The position numbers were made by a program, and so were the translations under genes. This document shows positions 15,903 through 29,495 of a stretch of DNA of 64,000 nt, in pieces (the first letter of the stretch is position 1; every line of letters begins with the position of its first letter). A model generated the notes under the pieces. That model made no database searches. It saw only the letters and a program-made list of their open reading frames with translations, and was not told the origin of the DNA. Source of the stretch: Chrysomallon squamiferum (taxonomy: Eukaryota > Animalia > Mollusca); assembly GCA_012295275.1 (NCBI GenBank), contig CM022669.1, positions 9,672,001 to 9,736,000 of the forward strand, given 5' to 3'.

Positions 15903-16059
15903 ATACATAATGGAGTTATGACTAAAACTACAACAACAGCCACAATAATAATAATATTGATGATGATAATGATGATGATGATGATCGGATTAGATGATCG
16001 TGTCATATAACATTATGCATCAGTCAGATTTCTTTAAACTTTTTCATTCCTTCTGTCCT

Positions 16060-16440
16060 CAATCCATTTCAAATCCATCACATCACATTCTTATCCACCA
16101 CGCTATATTCATTAACTCCAACCATCTTCTCATCCACTACCCCTTCTCTTCCTTACCACATTCAGATCCATAATCCTTCACGTTTAACTATATTCAGATC
16201 CACGACCCATCATTCACCATTTCAGTTTACATCCACCAGTCTTCGTTTCCAGGTCTCGTTCAGATCCAGCACACTATAAAACCCTAGCTAACTCCACTCA
16301 TGAAAACAAATCTACCAGCCTGTTCTCCCTGAATCCATTCAGATCCACCATCCACGATTCCCCGAATCCCTTTCAGATCCACTAACATAAATCCACTAAC
16401 TTGAAGACACACCCACCACACCTCATTTTCAAATCCCACT
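16060..16440. repeat. Degenerate C-rich tandem repeat with TTCAGATCCA core
   Basis: Core at ~16161, 16193, 16259, 16338 and 16372. Variants (TTCAAATCCA, TTACATCCAC) at ~16068, 16227 and 16428. Confidence 0.7.
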
Positions 16441-17092
16441 TAGACACTTACAGACCCCGACATTCAATCTAATGACTCCACTCTGAAGCCTTCTCACTCT
16501 GACAAAAATGACGTTCAGCCTGACCGTTGTTGATACTCGTTATTGACTTCGAGCCATGTTTAATATCGTGTAATGCTTTCATAGCTGGTGTCGCGCTGCA
16601 GTTTCCTGGCTGTGTGTTTCTGTGTTTGCAGCCGCTCACCCATAAGGGACGTGATTAATCAATCAATGGGGCCGATACCAACCGCCTCTGTCAGCCGTTT
16701 TCTTTTATAGACTCGCCACAAGTGCTTTGACATTGTGTCAGCGATATGGCGAGAAAGTGGGGGGAAAAAAAGAAAAAAAACAAGAAGTAATAATAATGAA
16801 AAATGAAAGAAATGCTAACAGACTGGCAGGTGTGTGCAGGTAAAAAGGCCGGTCGTACAGGTGTGATATTGAATTCTTGGTCTGTGGAGACCAAACACCT
16901 GCTCGACTGTCGCTGGATTTGTTACTTGATGTTGGTGCGTAGACAGTTTTTAATCGCTGATAACAGGTAAAACATATATTGTTATAAATCGTATATTTAT
17001 TTTATTCATAAATTTTCTGCTTCCTTACTTTATGTAGTATATTTAAAGGTAGAGATAAAATCATTTAGAAAAAGTAACGAAGCAGAAATTAT

Positions 17093-17213
<121 letters not shown>

Positions 17214-17807
17214 TTTAGTTTTTGGTTTCAGTGTTATGTCCATTCAGTTGCTTGTCTACATATTTGTCAATCATGCTGGCAAACTTTCTATGCTCATTTA
17301 ATAATGTATTTGTTTAGTTATCAGTCCATCTTTTTATCTGAATGTTTGCAATATCTTCTCCCTCGACCCATTTCTGAGTCCTGTAACTAACTGAAAATAA
17401 ATATGCAGCCATTCTTGCATCTTTTTTTTTAAAACTGGGCAGTAAATTCTTTTCTTAATTTTTTTTTCCAATACGAATTGGTAAACGCCTACATGCAGAA
17501 TATCGGTTTCATAAACCTTTTGAGATTTTCTAGTTTATTATGATGTATATGATAACTAAAGAACACAATTTTATTATTTCTGTCAAGGCAAATGTCTAAA
17601 ACTGTTCGGATCGTAAAAATGTCTGGCAGCTTAGACGTTTTATATTTATTTAGTTACAACCTGCATTAAAAAATAATTGAAATAACAAACAAACAAAAAT
17701 TATTATGTGAGCAAGAACAATTTTTTCTTCTTTTTTTCATCCTTCCTTCTTTTCTTTCTTCATTTAATAATAATGATGATGATGATGATGATGAAGATAA
17801 TGATGAC

Positions 17808-17858
<51 letters not shown>

Positions 17859-17888
17859 AGTTATAATAATAATAAAAAGAGTTATACA

Positions 17889-17950
<62 letters not shown>

Positions 17951-18959
17951 TAAATAATAATAATAACAATAATAACAATAATAATAATAATATGCATTTA
18001 GGACAAATTCCCACTCGGACAAAAACTACATTAGTGCACTCATTAAATAAAATTCTGGACAAAACCTCTCTACAGAGCTCTGTATTTGTAACTGCACTTC
18101 AACAGAAAAAAAGCTTTGTAAATGAAATTTCATTCTGTTGACTGTACCGTGTTTATGAATCCTCTGACTGTAAAGGTATGATCAAAGTAGCGGACTGCTT
18201 CCATTAAAGAACAGGAATCATAAATAAAGTAATCGAATTTTGATTTCAAATAGTTTAAAAAAAAAAAAAAAAAAAAATGTTTTATTCATATATATTTTTT
18301 TAAATATGCAGAAGTGGTAGACACATAGTCATTATGTAGCTGCATGAAAAAGGAATCAGAACAGTACGTGAATTTTCAAACCATCGGCCAACATAGTGAT
18401 GTGAAATCAATAATAAATAAATAAATAAACAAATAAATAAATAAATAATTAAATAAACAATCAAATAATCAAATAAATAATTAAATAAAATAATAAATAA
18501 AACACACACAGATATAATAACACACAGACATACACACACACACACATACACACACAATGTATATATTTATTTATTTATTTCCCAAGCTGTTACTGAATCT
18601 TGTTTATCGACATTGATATGATAATCTCAACATCTGAATGAATCGATTTCTGTTATCAGTGGTGTAATGGTCCCTGTGCATAATAATAATAAGTAGTAGT
18701 AGTAGTAGTAGTAGTTGTAGTAGCAGTAGTAGTAGCAGTAGTAGTAGCAGTAGTAGTAGTGTTTTGCAGACTTATTTCTTAATAAATATTTCTTTTTTTT
18801 AATTTTTTATTTTTAAAATTTATTTATTATTATTTTTCTTTTGTGTTGTGTGTGTGTTGCTTTAGATTATCCTGTTTGCTTTATTATTTATATTCTCACA
18901 TGTTTGCATTCTTATATTTGTATTTGAATTTGGATTATTGCATTGTTTTTTATTAAATC

Positions 18960-19215
18960 AGATGTTTTTGTCCTCACGTGTTTTCAATACAATCTATTTC
19001 TATTCTCATATGTTGTAAAAATAATCTACTTCTATTCTGACGTGTTATAAAAAATAATCTATTTCTATTCTCACGTGATTTAAAAATCATATATTTTCAT
19101 TCTCACATGCTTTGAAAATCATTTATTTCCATTTACACCATATCAAAATAATCTACTTCCATTATCATATATTATCAAAGGCAGCTATTTCAGTTCTTAT
19201 GTGTTTACAAAAATC
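18960..19215. repeat. Degenerate ~32-bp tandem repeat (AATCTATTTCTATTCTCACGTGTTxTAAAAAT-like), ~7 copies
   Basis: AATCTA(T/C)TTC-like motif recurs at ~18991, 19023, 19056, 19088, 19120, 19150 and 19182. Confidence 0.75.
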
Positions 19216-21199
19216 TGCTGTTTGAAACTACAGCAGTATAAAATGTCGTAAATCACACAGGTCTTTGTTCTCAGTGTGATATACATTTTGCTGGTAGTTA
19301 AATCTGTCGTTTGAGCCTGTCGTACTGTTACTGTAGCAGACACCTGTCCTGCGATAGCCAGTCACTGGAAAACAGGATCGCTACACGCACACAAAAGCGA
19401 TACACACGTCTCTTGACACCGGATTTAACCTAATCGATTATCGTCCAAGCAGACTGATAAAATATCGTATATAATCTGACCCCTGTCCTCAACGATCCTT
19501 GACTTGATAATTTCCCATAATCATATTAAGCTGGTTGAGATTTTTTACGTACGCTGTTAACGCGTTTGATTGGAAAATGAATTATTATGACCTTCTTTTC
19601 TCTAAAACTGCGTGGTTTAAACACTGAACTGTTGCCTAATAGGTTCCTAGAGTCAGTCCTCCCAAACGCGTGAACTGGACCGTTTCCAGATCCAGCTAGA
19701 GTCTCACGACTGGCTAATGAAAAGCCGTGGTATTTAATCTCCTGTTCATGGGAAAGAACATATACAAAATCCCGTTAGGTCAACAGAAAAAAAAATAGCA
19801 CATCGTGTAGCGTCTGCGGGTTTCTTCTCTCGTTATTTGTAAGATGTTCTTAATAGTATTTCATAACACCGTTTAACCGTAGACCAAAAATGTGTTTTAT
19901 GTGTCGATAAATAACATATTTGTTTTCCTTCTTTTTCTCCAGTTAACCCTATAATATAACACAATTTTGGGAAAGTTAACCATCTCTATTAGATTTAGAT
20001 TTTGTTAATAGATGCTGTTAAATTCAGTTTTTGTAATAAATAAAACACAAGACTCCCTAACAAGGACTGATTTTGCAATATTTTATTTCGAGTCAACAAC
20101 AACAAAAAAAAAATAATATAAATCTTTGACAGAAATTATCTTCGTGTTTTTCTTATTTCCAGTCCACGGAAGGCTGAAGAAAATAACAAAAGAAAATCCT
20201 GGCTGAGATAATTTCCGCCAAGGATTTGTAAAGACGACAGTTTAAATATAATAATAAATCCTATAGATGTGGTCACAGATTTCGCCGAGATATAGAAATT
20301 TTTCTTGAGAAATCGATGCAAATCGTGTGATTGTATTTATCACGGGGCACGTAAAACATTGCAAAGCCGACACAGAGTTCAATAATATTTTGATAATCCA
20401 TACAAGAGATGTGAAATTAACGGTCCAGAAATTTCCTGAGAAGTTTTATTTTTATTTTTTTTATGTATCTACGTTAGATTAGATCGGAGTTTTACTGACA
20501 TTGCATAACATTATTCTGCTTCAGTGATTTTTATCTTTCGCTTTTGTTTGTTTAGTTTTCTACTTTTATATCAAAACAGTGATTCGGGTGTTTGAAATAA
20601 TAGAACAGAGAAATTAGTTCAGGTATATTTTGAGTCAAAATGTATTTTTTTTTTTTTTTCTGTTTTTCTAATTGTGCATATTTGACTATCTTTCTTTTTT
20701 TCTCTCTATCTATCTTTTTTTTATTATTTATTAATTTCTTCTTCTTCTTCGTCTTCTTCTTCTTATTATTATTATTATTAATTTTTTTTTCCTTGAGGTT
20801 TCTAACTTACATAAACACCTACTTTTGTTAGATATATTTGGATATATAAGAACTTATGGTGTACTTTCGCGTATGGACTAATTTCTGGCGTCGAGCTAAA
20901 GAAATTCCCAAATAATGTTTTAATTATTTTTATAAGACCATGTTCAATATCTGTTAAATGATTAAATCAAATTAATTTCTCACAGAATTTAATGACTTTC
21001 ATTATTGTAGTGGGACATTTTCTTCAAATATAAGGTTGTTTGTTTTGTTTGTTTTTTTGTTGTTTTCTTTTTTTAATTTTTTTTTTTATTTTTTTTTTTA
21101 AAAAAATGAAATGAAACATGGACCTATTTAAAATTATAATATAAATAATAAAAAAATAAATAAAAAAATATAATATAATATAATATAATATAATAAATA

Positions 21200-21230
<31 letters not shown>

Positions 21231-22930
21231 AATAAAATAAAATAAAATAAAAAATAAAATAAAATAAAATAAAATATCAAACTTGAAACGGTAAACAGTT
21301 GGAGATTAATCACTTGATCGTCTTTGATAGCATTATCTATCCGTCTATCTATCTATCTATATATCTATCTATCTGCTTATTTACTTATTTACTTCATATT
21401 ATTATTTTTTTTTTCTCTTGACTATCGGAAATTTGTTTAAGATCTAAATTTTGAAGAACCTACTTCAGAGAAGTTTTTTAATTTAAATAATAATTCAGAA
21501 ACGTGTTTAACTGCTAGCATAGCTACATTCTTATCACTAGGGCGTGCAGTTTACTCTAACATTAGTCTGTCACCCGTACAATAAAAGCCATCAGAGAAAA
21601 TGTTTGAAAGTTCAAATACAAACACGATATCGAAATGCAAACAGGAGTGGCTATTGAACAACTACAAGTATGGAAATTGTGAAACAAGGTCTTTTTTGTA
21701 GAGTGAAAAAATTAGGTTGTTTCGTCCAGTTTGTTTGTCTGTCCGTGAGTATGTTTGTAAAAAGAAATACAGAGAGACGTTTCTGATGCTGCACAATGAA
21801 TTAGTTTTTGCAATGTGGAAATATTACCGGTAAATGAAGCTAAGCAATGTTATCTGAGGTACTTGAGTATTCACTATTTCTACTATATTTATTATACCAA
21901 CCATTTTTTTGCTGCTAAAACTAACCTACTATCGCCACTGTTACTATTATTACATCTACTACTACTACTACTACTAGTACTAGCTGCTGCTGTTGCTACC
22001 ACAACTGCTAATATTACTATTACCAGTGCTACTACTGCTATAACCGCTATTACTACTGCTGTTTTTACCACTACTACCACTATCACTACTACTACTACCA
22101 CGACGACCACCATCACATTCACGAGCACAACACTACATAACTACTACTACTACAATTATTAAAATTACTATTGCTGCTGATATGATGTGCTATTTACTAT
22201 TATTATTGTTACTACTACTAATATTATCATCACAACAACATCTCCAGCTACTATTACTGTTATTACTGCCATTTGTACTGCTGCCGCTAACAACAATAAC
22301 AATTACTACTGCTACTAATACTACTCCTACTACTAGTATTACTAGCACAATCATTAGTCTTAGAAATATTATGTGGAGCAATAGTAGTAGCATTCTTAAA
22401 TAGTTATGTATCTTTCTTTGTGTATATAAGTAAATAAGTAATTTCGACATGCAGTACTTTCACATAATGGTATTAATATTTCTACTTTCAGTGATTCGGT
22501 TATTACTAACATATTTAGCAGATGTAGTAGTAGTAGCAGCAGCAATAACAGAAATAGCAGTAGTTGTAGTAGTGGTGGTTGTAGCAGAGGCAGTAATATT
22601 TATAATATTGTAGTTGTTATAGTAGTCAATCAGAACAGGTAGCTGTAGTTATCGTAGTAGTAGTAGTTATAGCAGTAGTAATAACAGGAGTAACAGTAGT
22701 AGTGACAGTAGTATTAACAGTAACACCAGCAGTGATGGTACCTGCAATGTGATATAAATCAGAACAAATATTTTTAACACAGAGAATGAAACTGTAAAAA
22801 CAAGCTGGCAGCAGTAACATGAGTATCCAAATAAATTCTGTATTCGTTAACTTATTATTGCACAATAAAATTATTTATTGTTTTATTAACAAGATTTAAA
22901 ATCGTTTCAGGTTAGTCATGGATTGAGACA

Positions 22931-24218
22931 ATGGCTTATTTCGGAGAACTCCGGGGTGACGTATCTCCTAGGATACGAATCACCAAGGAGAAACCAGATT
23001 TCGACCGACGTCTGGAATCTTACAACAACGGCTTCAACATCAACGTCTCGAGGATTAAACCGATAATCAAGGAAGGGAAGGAATCCATGTTGGCCTATTC
23101 AGAGCGCGTGCGCAACGTGTCCCGAAAGACGCAGCCTGCAAATGAAGACGTTTCGCTGGAAGTGAGAGCACACCAGGTTTACAAGAAAAACAAAGTGCAA
23201 GAGAAAATACCTGAAAGAAAAGTGATGACTTTTCAACAGCTCATTGGAAAGAGAAAAGAAAGGAAAGAGCGGCCGCAGTCTTTGGACGAAATAACGTACA
23301 GAAGAGAGAAGATACGCGGGGTTCACGGGGTCAGCAAGACCCGCACTCCCAGGGGCGCTGCTATCCTCCCGTCCCTCCCGGACAAGATGCCCCCTCAGAA
23401 AAACCTGAAGGTCAGTTTTGTGAACGCGTCTGATTTGTACGATTTCGTCGACTGCAGCATCAGGCAGTCTGGATACAAGAAACATCCACTAGGCAATCTG
23501 CATCGAGAGTATGACAGACAAGAGAAGTACAGAGTGAACGAGTTTATGTCCAAGGCAGACATTCCAGAGACACTTGACTCGCCAGTGCTGCCGCCGATAA
23601 CCGTGTATCTTAGACCGCGTGAGGAAACCGCGAAAAAGGAAAACAACAATGATACCGATAAGGACATGGGATAACTCAGATAACTCGCCAAGAGGGGAGG
23701 CAACTTATTCTTCTTCTTCTTCTTCTCTTCCTACAAATCAACTTGAACAACTGAAGATAAGACCCAGAAGAGCAAAACGAATGAAACTTCCCAAATCCGG
23801 GCTGGATTCGATCCCGGAGACGGACAGAGACAGGGAAGCAAGTCATTTGAGTAGTTTCCGCTGGGCGTCGAGTCAGCAGCCGTTATACATCCCCTCACAA
23901 ACCTCGCCCGACCCTGCCGCCAGGGCGGGGACCGGGAGTCCCAGGAGAACGGTGAGCCCGAGAGCAGAGAAATATTCAAAGACAGAAACGGACTCATGGA
24001 TGGGACGAAATATTCGCCCTCAAAGCGACCCACTGAGTAACGGATGTATAGATTCTGATCAGGAGTATGAGTTTGACTATGAACGTGGCTATTATGAGCA
24101 GAACTATTTTCCCAGGGTTTCTGATGAAGATTCCAATCGCATGGTGAAATCACCCAGTCACCAGCAAAATTTAGTTTTTCTGAAAGATACTTCTAGCTCA
24201 CATTCTCAAGTTACATGA
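22931..24218 (+). CDS. Orphan gene A: uncharacterised, hydrophilic and largely disordered protein, ~428 aa if one +1 frame break is repaired (ORF 22931-23674 joined to the frame ending 24218)
   Basis: Contiguous non-repetitive GC-richer island with sharp edges. Splice acceptor TTTCAG at 22905-22910, 20 nt before the ATG. The two frames are both open over 23601-23674. Removing one G from GAC ATG GGA TAA C (GGG 23668-23670) gives ...DKDM-DNSDNSPRG. Confidence 0.8.
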
Positions 24219-24957
24219 TGATTTATATACGTTCGCTAAGCAAGACGATTTATTTATTTATTTATTTGTTTGTTTATTTGTTTATTTATGTTTTTTTTTT
24301 TTGCATTCTGGAGTTAAACTTTATGTCTTCAGAATGACTTTATGAATACTGTTAAGAAAAATCTTACAAATAAGGAAACATACAGTCAAACTATACTTTC
24401 TCAGATTACATGGTTATATTTTATTTATATGATCAACAAGAGTATATATTGTTTTAATTTTTAAAACGATCATTTTTTTTTTTTATTTTTATTTTTTTTA
24501 ATTGTTTTGAATTACATACAATACAATACAGTTAAATTAGCTGACTTTATTTTGACATTCATTTGAGTTTTGGGATAACTGGATCTGAAAAGCAGTATAG
24601 TCCTAATGACCCTACCGCCTATCGTATTTGGTGACATATTGTGATTATAATCAGAGTTTCAGAATAGTTCCCATTCAAATAGTTATCATCATTCAAACTG
24701 CAAGTGAGTTCAGTACCCGATAAAATACTCGGACTGATTGTTATATAATAATATAATCATTTTAACTGATGTGGAAAAAATGTCAGCTAGCAGATTAAGT
24801 TTGTCTAAGTAAAATGAAGTATCTGCGTACCGCAGGTAGTTCCAAACGATCTGGTTAAAAGTGTATAGAAATTATTTTCTCTCAGTATGGGTTATATCTA
24901 TCGTTACCCGCAGTACTGCAGATTTTTTTTTTTTTTTTTGTTATATATATAAAGCAT

Positions 24958-25042
<85 letters not shown>

Positions 25043-25377
25043 TTTCTTGTTCGGGTACGAACTGGTGTTTGTGATTTCTTTAATTCTCAACATCGAAAAT
25101 AATTTTTATTTTCAATATAAACATTTATGTACATTATACAGTCAGTATTTCAACAATTTGCCCGATAATAAATTATTTACGGATGTTATTTATTATTGAT
25201 TTACATTAGTATTACTGTTTATATACATTGTTATTATCGTTGTTGTTGTTGTTATTAGTGTTAGTAATAGTTTGTAGTAGTAGTAGTAGTAGTAACAGCA
25301 ACAGCAGTAGTGGTAGTAGTATATCACAGTACTTCAGTGCTTTTTTTCTGAAATATGTAATAACTATTATTTATTTA

Positions 25378-25413
<36 letters not shown>

Positions 25414-25893
25414 AGATGTCGCTATTATTAAATCGTTAATGCAAATAAATGTCAAAGATGAGAACAGCTGGAAAATTAAAATAAAATCATTTCAAAGCAG
25501 GAAGAAAAATTTATATATTTATCGGCACAGAGTTACAAAACTTTTGACAGGGTCAAATTAACTTATATGGTTGAGTCGTCACTTATAACGGTGAACATTT
25601 TTAAAATTTCCTATTCAGTCATTATAAAACGGAACATAATTAAAAATTAAATGAATATTCTAAGTAACTAGTTAAGGTCATTTTTATAATATTTAATTTA
25701 TGACAAGGAAAAATATTTTATTTGTTTGTTTTGTTTCTGGGTTTTTTCAGTATTATTTATTAAAATATTTATTTTTTGTTGTTGTTTCAGATAAATATAA
25801 TGGATGAATTACAAAACAGTCTTTTTATTTATTTATATTTATTTTATATTTTTGGCTCTTTTTTTCTGCTTTATTGTGTGTGTGTGTGTGTGT

Positions 25894-25997
<104 letters not shown>

Positions 25998-26240
25998 GAA
26001 CGTAGATTTCCTATGGTTTTGTTTTAAAGTTAAAATTTCCTTTCAATTTTAAATATAATTATTCTGTAGCAAATTACCATTATTCTGTTATTTGTTAAAC
26101 TCTTTCAAGAATAACCAAATAAATTTTGTTATTTTAAGAAAATAGGGAAGGTGATATACCTTTCAGTCAGATTCGACCAATACACCTAATCCATAATACA
26201 TCGTCAGAAACATGATATAATTTACAGTAAATAAATAAAC

Positions 26241-26557
26241 AAAATACTCGAATAATAACAAACAAACAAACAGAAAAAAAATAAATAACGAAAAGAAATG
26301 TATGAAGTGAGATATTACATGAATAATAACAAACAAATCAAACTAAAGTTCTAAAACAAAATAATAAAAATAATAATTAATGAGATATGTGTCAAAGAAA
26401 CAAAATACTCGAATAATAACAAACAAACAAACAGAAAAAAAAATATAATAACGAAAGAAGCTGAAAGAAGAATATGTATGAAGTGAGATATTACATGAAT
26501 AATATGTACCTAGTGTGAAGTGTGTAAGAGATCAGATTAGTTCAAAAGTTCTAAAAC

Positions 26558-26601
<44 letters not shown>

Positions 26602-26630
26602 ATTATTATCTTGAGATATGTGTCAAAGAA
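26241..26630. repeat. Imperfect local tandem duplication (~160-200 bp)
   Basis: AAAATACTCGAATAATAACAAACAAACAAACAG...TGTATGAAGTGAGATATTACATGAATAAT at ~26241 and ~26402. AAAGTTCTAAAACAAAA...TGAGATATGTGTCAAAGAAA at ~26345 and ~26545. Confidence 0.85.
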
Positions 26631-28904
26631 AGAGAGTCATTATTATTATATAAAAAATTATAAAATTATAAAATGCCCAATAACCACAAAGACAAACACC
26701 ACGTGTCATTGTGAAATGGACTGAATTCAAAAATGGAAAACGTGCGTATATATATATATATATATATATACACATAATAAATAAATGAACCCAATTTGAA
26801 AGGTGGGATCGCGATGTGACGAGGTTGTACTGCACGACTTAACATTCACCTAATTTAAAATATATAATTTATAAAAAAAAAAAATTGAAATATAATTTTA
26901 TTATTAATGTCATGATCTTAATTCATATGAAGGCCGAAAAGCCGGGGAGTGTTGCATTAAAAGAAATTCTGGGTCTTTTTAGTTCAAACCGTAAATTACA
27001 CAATTGACAATTGACTGATATTCAGCGAGCAGACGATAATTTATACATTTCAGACGTAAACCTTTGTACCCAGGCAGTGAGCATGGAGAAGTTCGTGACA
27101 TCAAAAGACTAATAATGCGCTGGAAAGTTAATAATCTCGTGATCAAACAGATAAAATAATGACAAGGACGAAGATAACAAGACGCCAAAAATAATAATGA
27201 AAAATAAAGTATTAGGTAACGCCCCCGTAACAACAACAAACATCGCAATGGCGACGTCAAACAAACAACAGTCAAATTTGAAAAGGAAATAAATAAATAA
27301 ATAAATAAAATAAAAAGATTAAAACTTTAAAATAAATACGTTAAAAATAAAAAGAAATAATGATAATATATAATACATATTATAGTTAGGTTAATTAAAA
27401 CGAAGTGTAATTTTCAAAAATATAATAGATTGTTTTGTTGTTGTTTTTTTGTTGTTTTTTGTTGTTATGTTTGTTTGTTGTTGTTTGTTGTTGTTTTTTT
27501 TAAATAATAATAATAAAATAAAATAAAATAAAATAAAATAATTATAATGCAAATATATCAAGCCAGTTAAATCAAACTGTTAACAGCGAGTGCTGTGACC
27601 ATCATCTGTCTTAAACATTGCATGTTACAGCAACACGGCAGAGCTTGTCAAACGTTAAAAGCTGTTCTGCCGCCAAAGAAAACAACCACTCCATTGGAAA
27701 CCAATCGATCGTGTCATGACTAGGTAAGCCGAGAGTAATTAAGAAGATATGCAAATACACTTATATTTGGCGATCATCTTTTATGGTAGGTAAGTCGACG
27801 ACTCCACATAACCAGTCGAAGCCTACAATACCCGAGCAAGATAATCTTCTTAACGACAGAGTGGTTTTGTAATCATAATGGCCCCCCATTGAAATCGCAC
27901 GGAGCATTCAAAACACAGCAAATTCGGCACCCATTGCTTCCTTTCAAGAGATGGAAATTCTGGTATTTATTGTTGGATAATCGTGGTCCACTGACCACAC
28001 AAAAGCTCTCCACTCAGCATTTAAATCGCCGATAGAAGTAGAAGTCAAAACGTTGGAGCTAAAATTGAAGCGTTTTGTTGTTGGTTAATTGAAGTAACGG
28101 AATACAGAGATTAAGCTTTTAGAACGATTACGGTACGCTATTCTGAGCTGTATGAAAGCTTGCATATTTTATTAATATATGCAGTGTAGAAGAAAGGCAA
28201 GCGTTTACTGAGATTTCAGTGGACTGAGATAGAAAGATGGATAGATAGAGATAGACAGATGGATAGATAGAGATAGACAGATGGATAGATAGAGATAGAC
28301 AGATGGATATATAGAAAAAGAGAATAAAGGGGAAAAAAATGGTTACAGAGAAATTGATAAACAGGTGTGTGTGTGTGTGTGTGTGTGTAGTGTGTGTGTA
28401 TATGTATATATATATATCAAACTAGGTATTAGTTACATTTTTCTGTCTTGTTATTTGTTATATTTTCCATATCAAAAGATAAAAAGCAAAAGACATTTTT
28501 CAACAATAACAAAATATCAAATTTATTATGTTTTATTAAATTTCTACTAATTCACTAATTTTGATTTATTCAGTGGTTTTTTTTTGTTGTTTTCAACAAT
28601 TATGCTCCTGTATCGCAATCGGTTAAAAAAGACCGTATCCATGACATCTGATACATGTTTATTTAATACTAATATTATTCATTATACAAATATATTATAA
28701 CGCCTTTACATCCTTAAATCCATACAATCATAAACAATACATACACATAAATACACACACATACCAGCATATATGTACACATACATACATACACATACAT
28801 ACGTCCATATATAGTACATATACATATACATACATACATACACATACACATACACATACACATATACATACATATATACACACACATACTTGCACACATA
28901 TCCC

Positions 28905-29097
28905 CACACACATATATAAATATGCATATACACAAACATACATTCATACATACTCACACATACATGCACACGTACACACACATATATAAATATGCATATA
29001 CACAAACATACATTCATACATACTCACACATACATGCACACGTACACACACATATATAAATATGCATATACACAAACATACATTCATACATACTCAC
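28905..29097. repeat. 70-bp tandem repeat, ~3 copies, built from CA/TA microsatellite
   Basis: CATATATAAATATGCATATACACAAACATACATTCATACATACTCAC starts at 28911, 28981 and 29051. Confidence 0.9.
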
Positions 29098-29495
29098 TAC
29101 CTACTTACCTACACAGCCTGAGGTTCAGACTTTAAACGCTAAAAGTCTTGTACGTATTTTCAACTATACGTCACAAACTGACAAGTTGCTAATTCTATAT
29201 GATACATTTAACAGTGTCGAAGATCAGTTTATGAAGTTAATTTCTAACGTTAATAATATCTGGGACAAATAATCGAGAGTGAGTGTCCATGACTGATAGG
29301 GCTGCAGTCTTCGACAAGTTTTAAAAACGTTTCAAATAACTGATTTACCTAACTAAAAATGAAATATACAAAATGTATTCATGTAAAGGTTGCGTAGAAA
29401 ATTCAAGATTTTGTGCGTTCGTACTCTATAAATAGTAAATAGAAAAAAAGGAAACGGTAATATTTGGAAACAGTAACGAAGCTGGTGCTTCACGT

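Noticed and set aside
18657-18680. tRNA A-box-like TGGTGTAATGG
   Set aside because: No B box or cloverleaf follows; it runs into simple repeats.
23630-23645. AAAGGAAAA shared between the gene A overlap and the MTHFS junction as a common slippery site
   Set aside because: It sits in different reading phases in the two genes, is absent from gene B's overlap and is common in A-rich DNA.
23601-23700. Ornithine decarboxylase antizyme as an explanation of the +1 junction
   Set aside because: No UCC UGA site, ORF1 is far too long and ORF2 has no antizyme-like sequence.
23099-24153. Antisense ORFs over gene A (and similar ones over gene B and TRIM)
   Set aside because: Shadow ORFs expected opposite GC-richer coding sequence, with no recognisable motifs.
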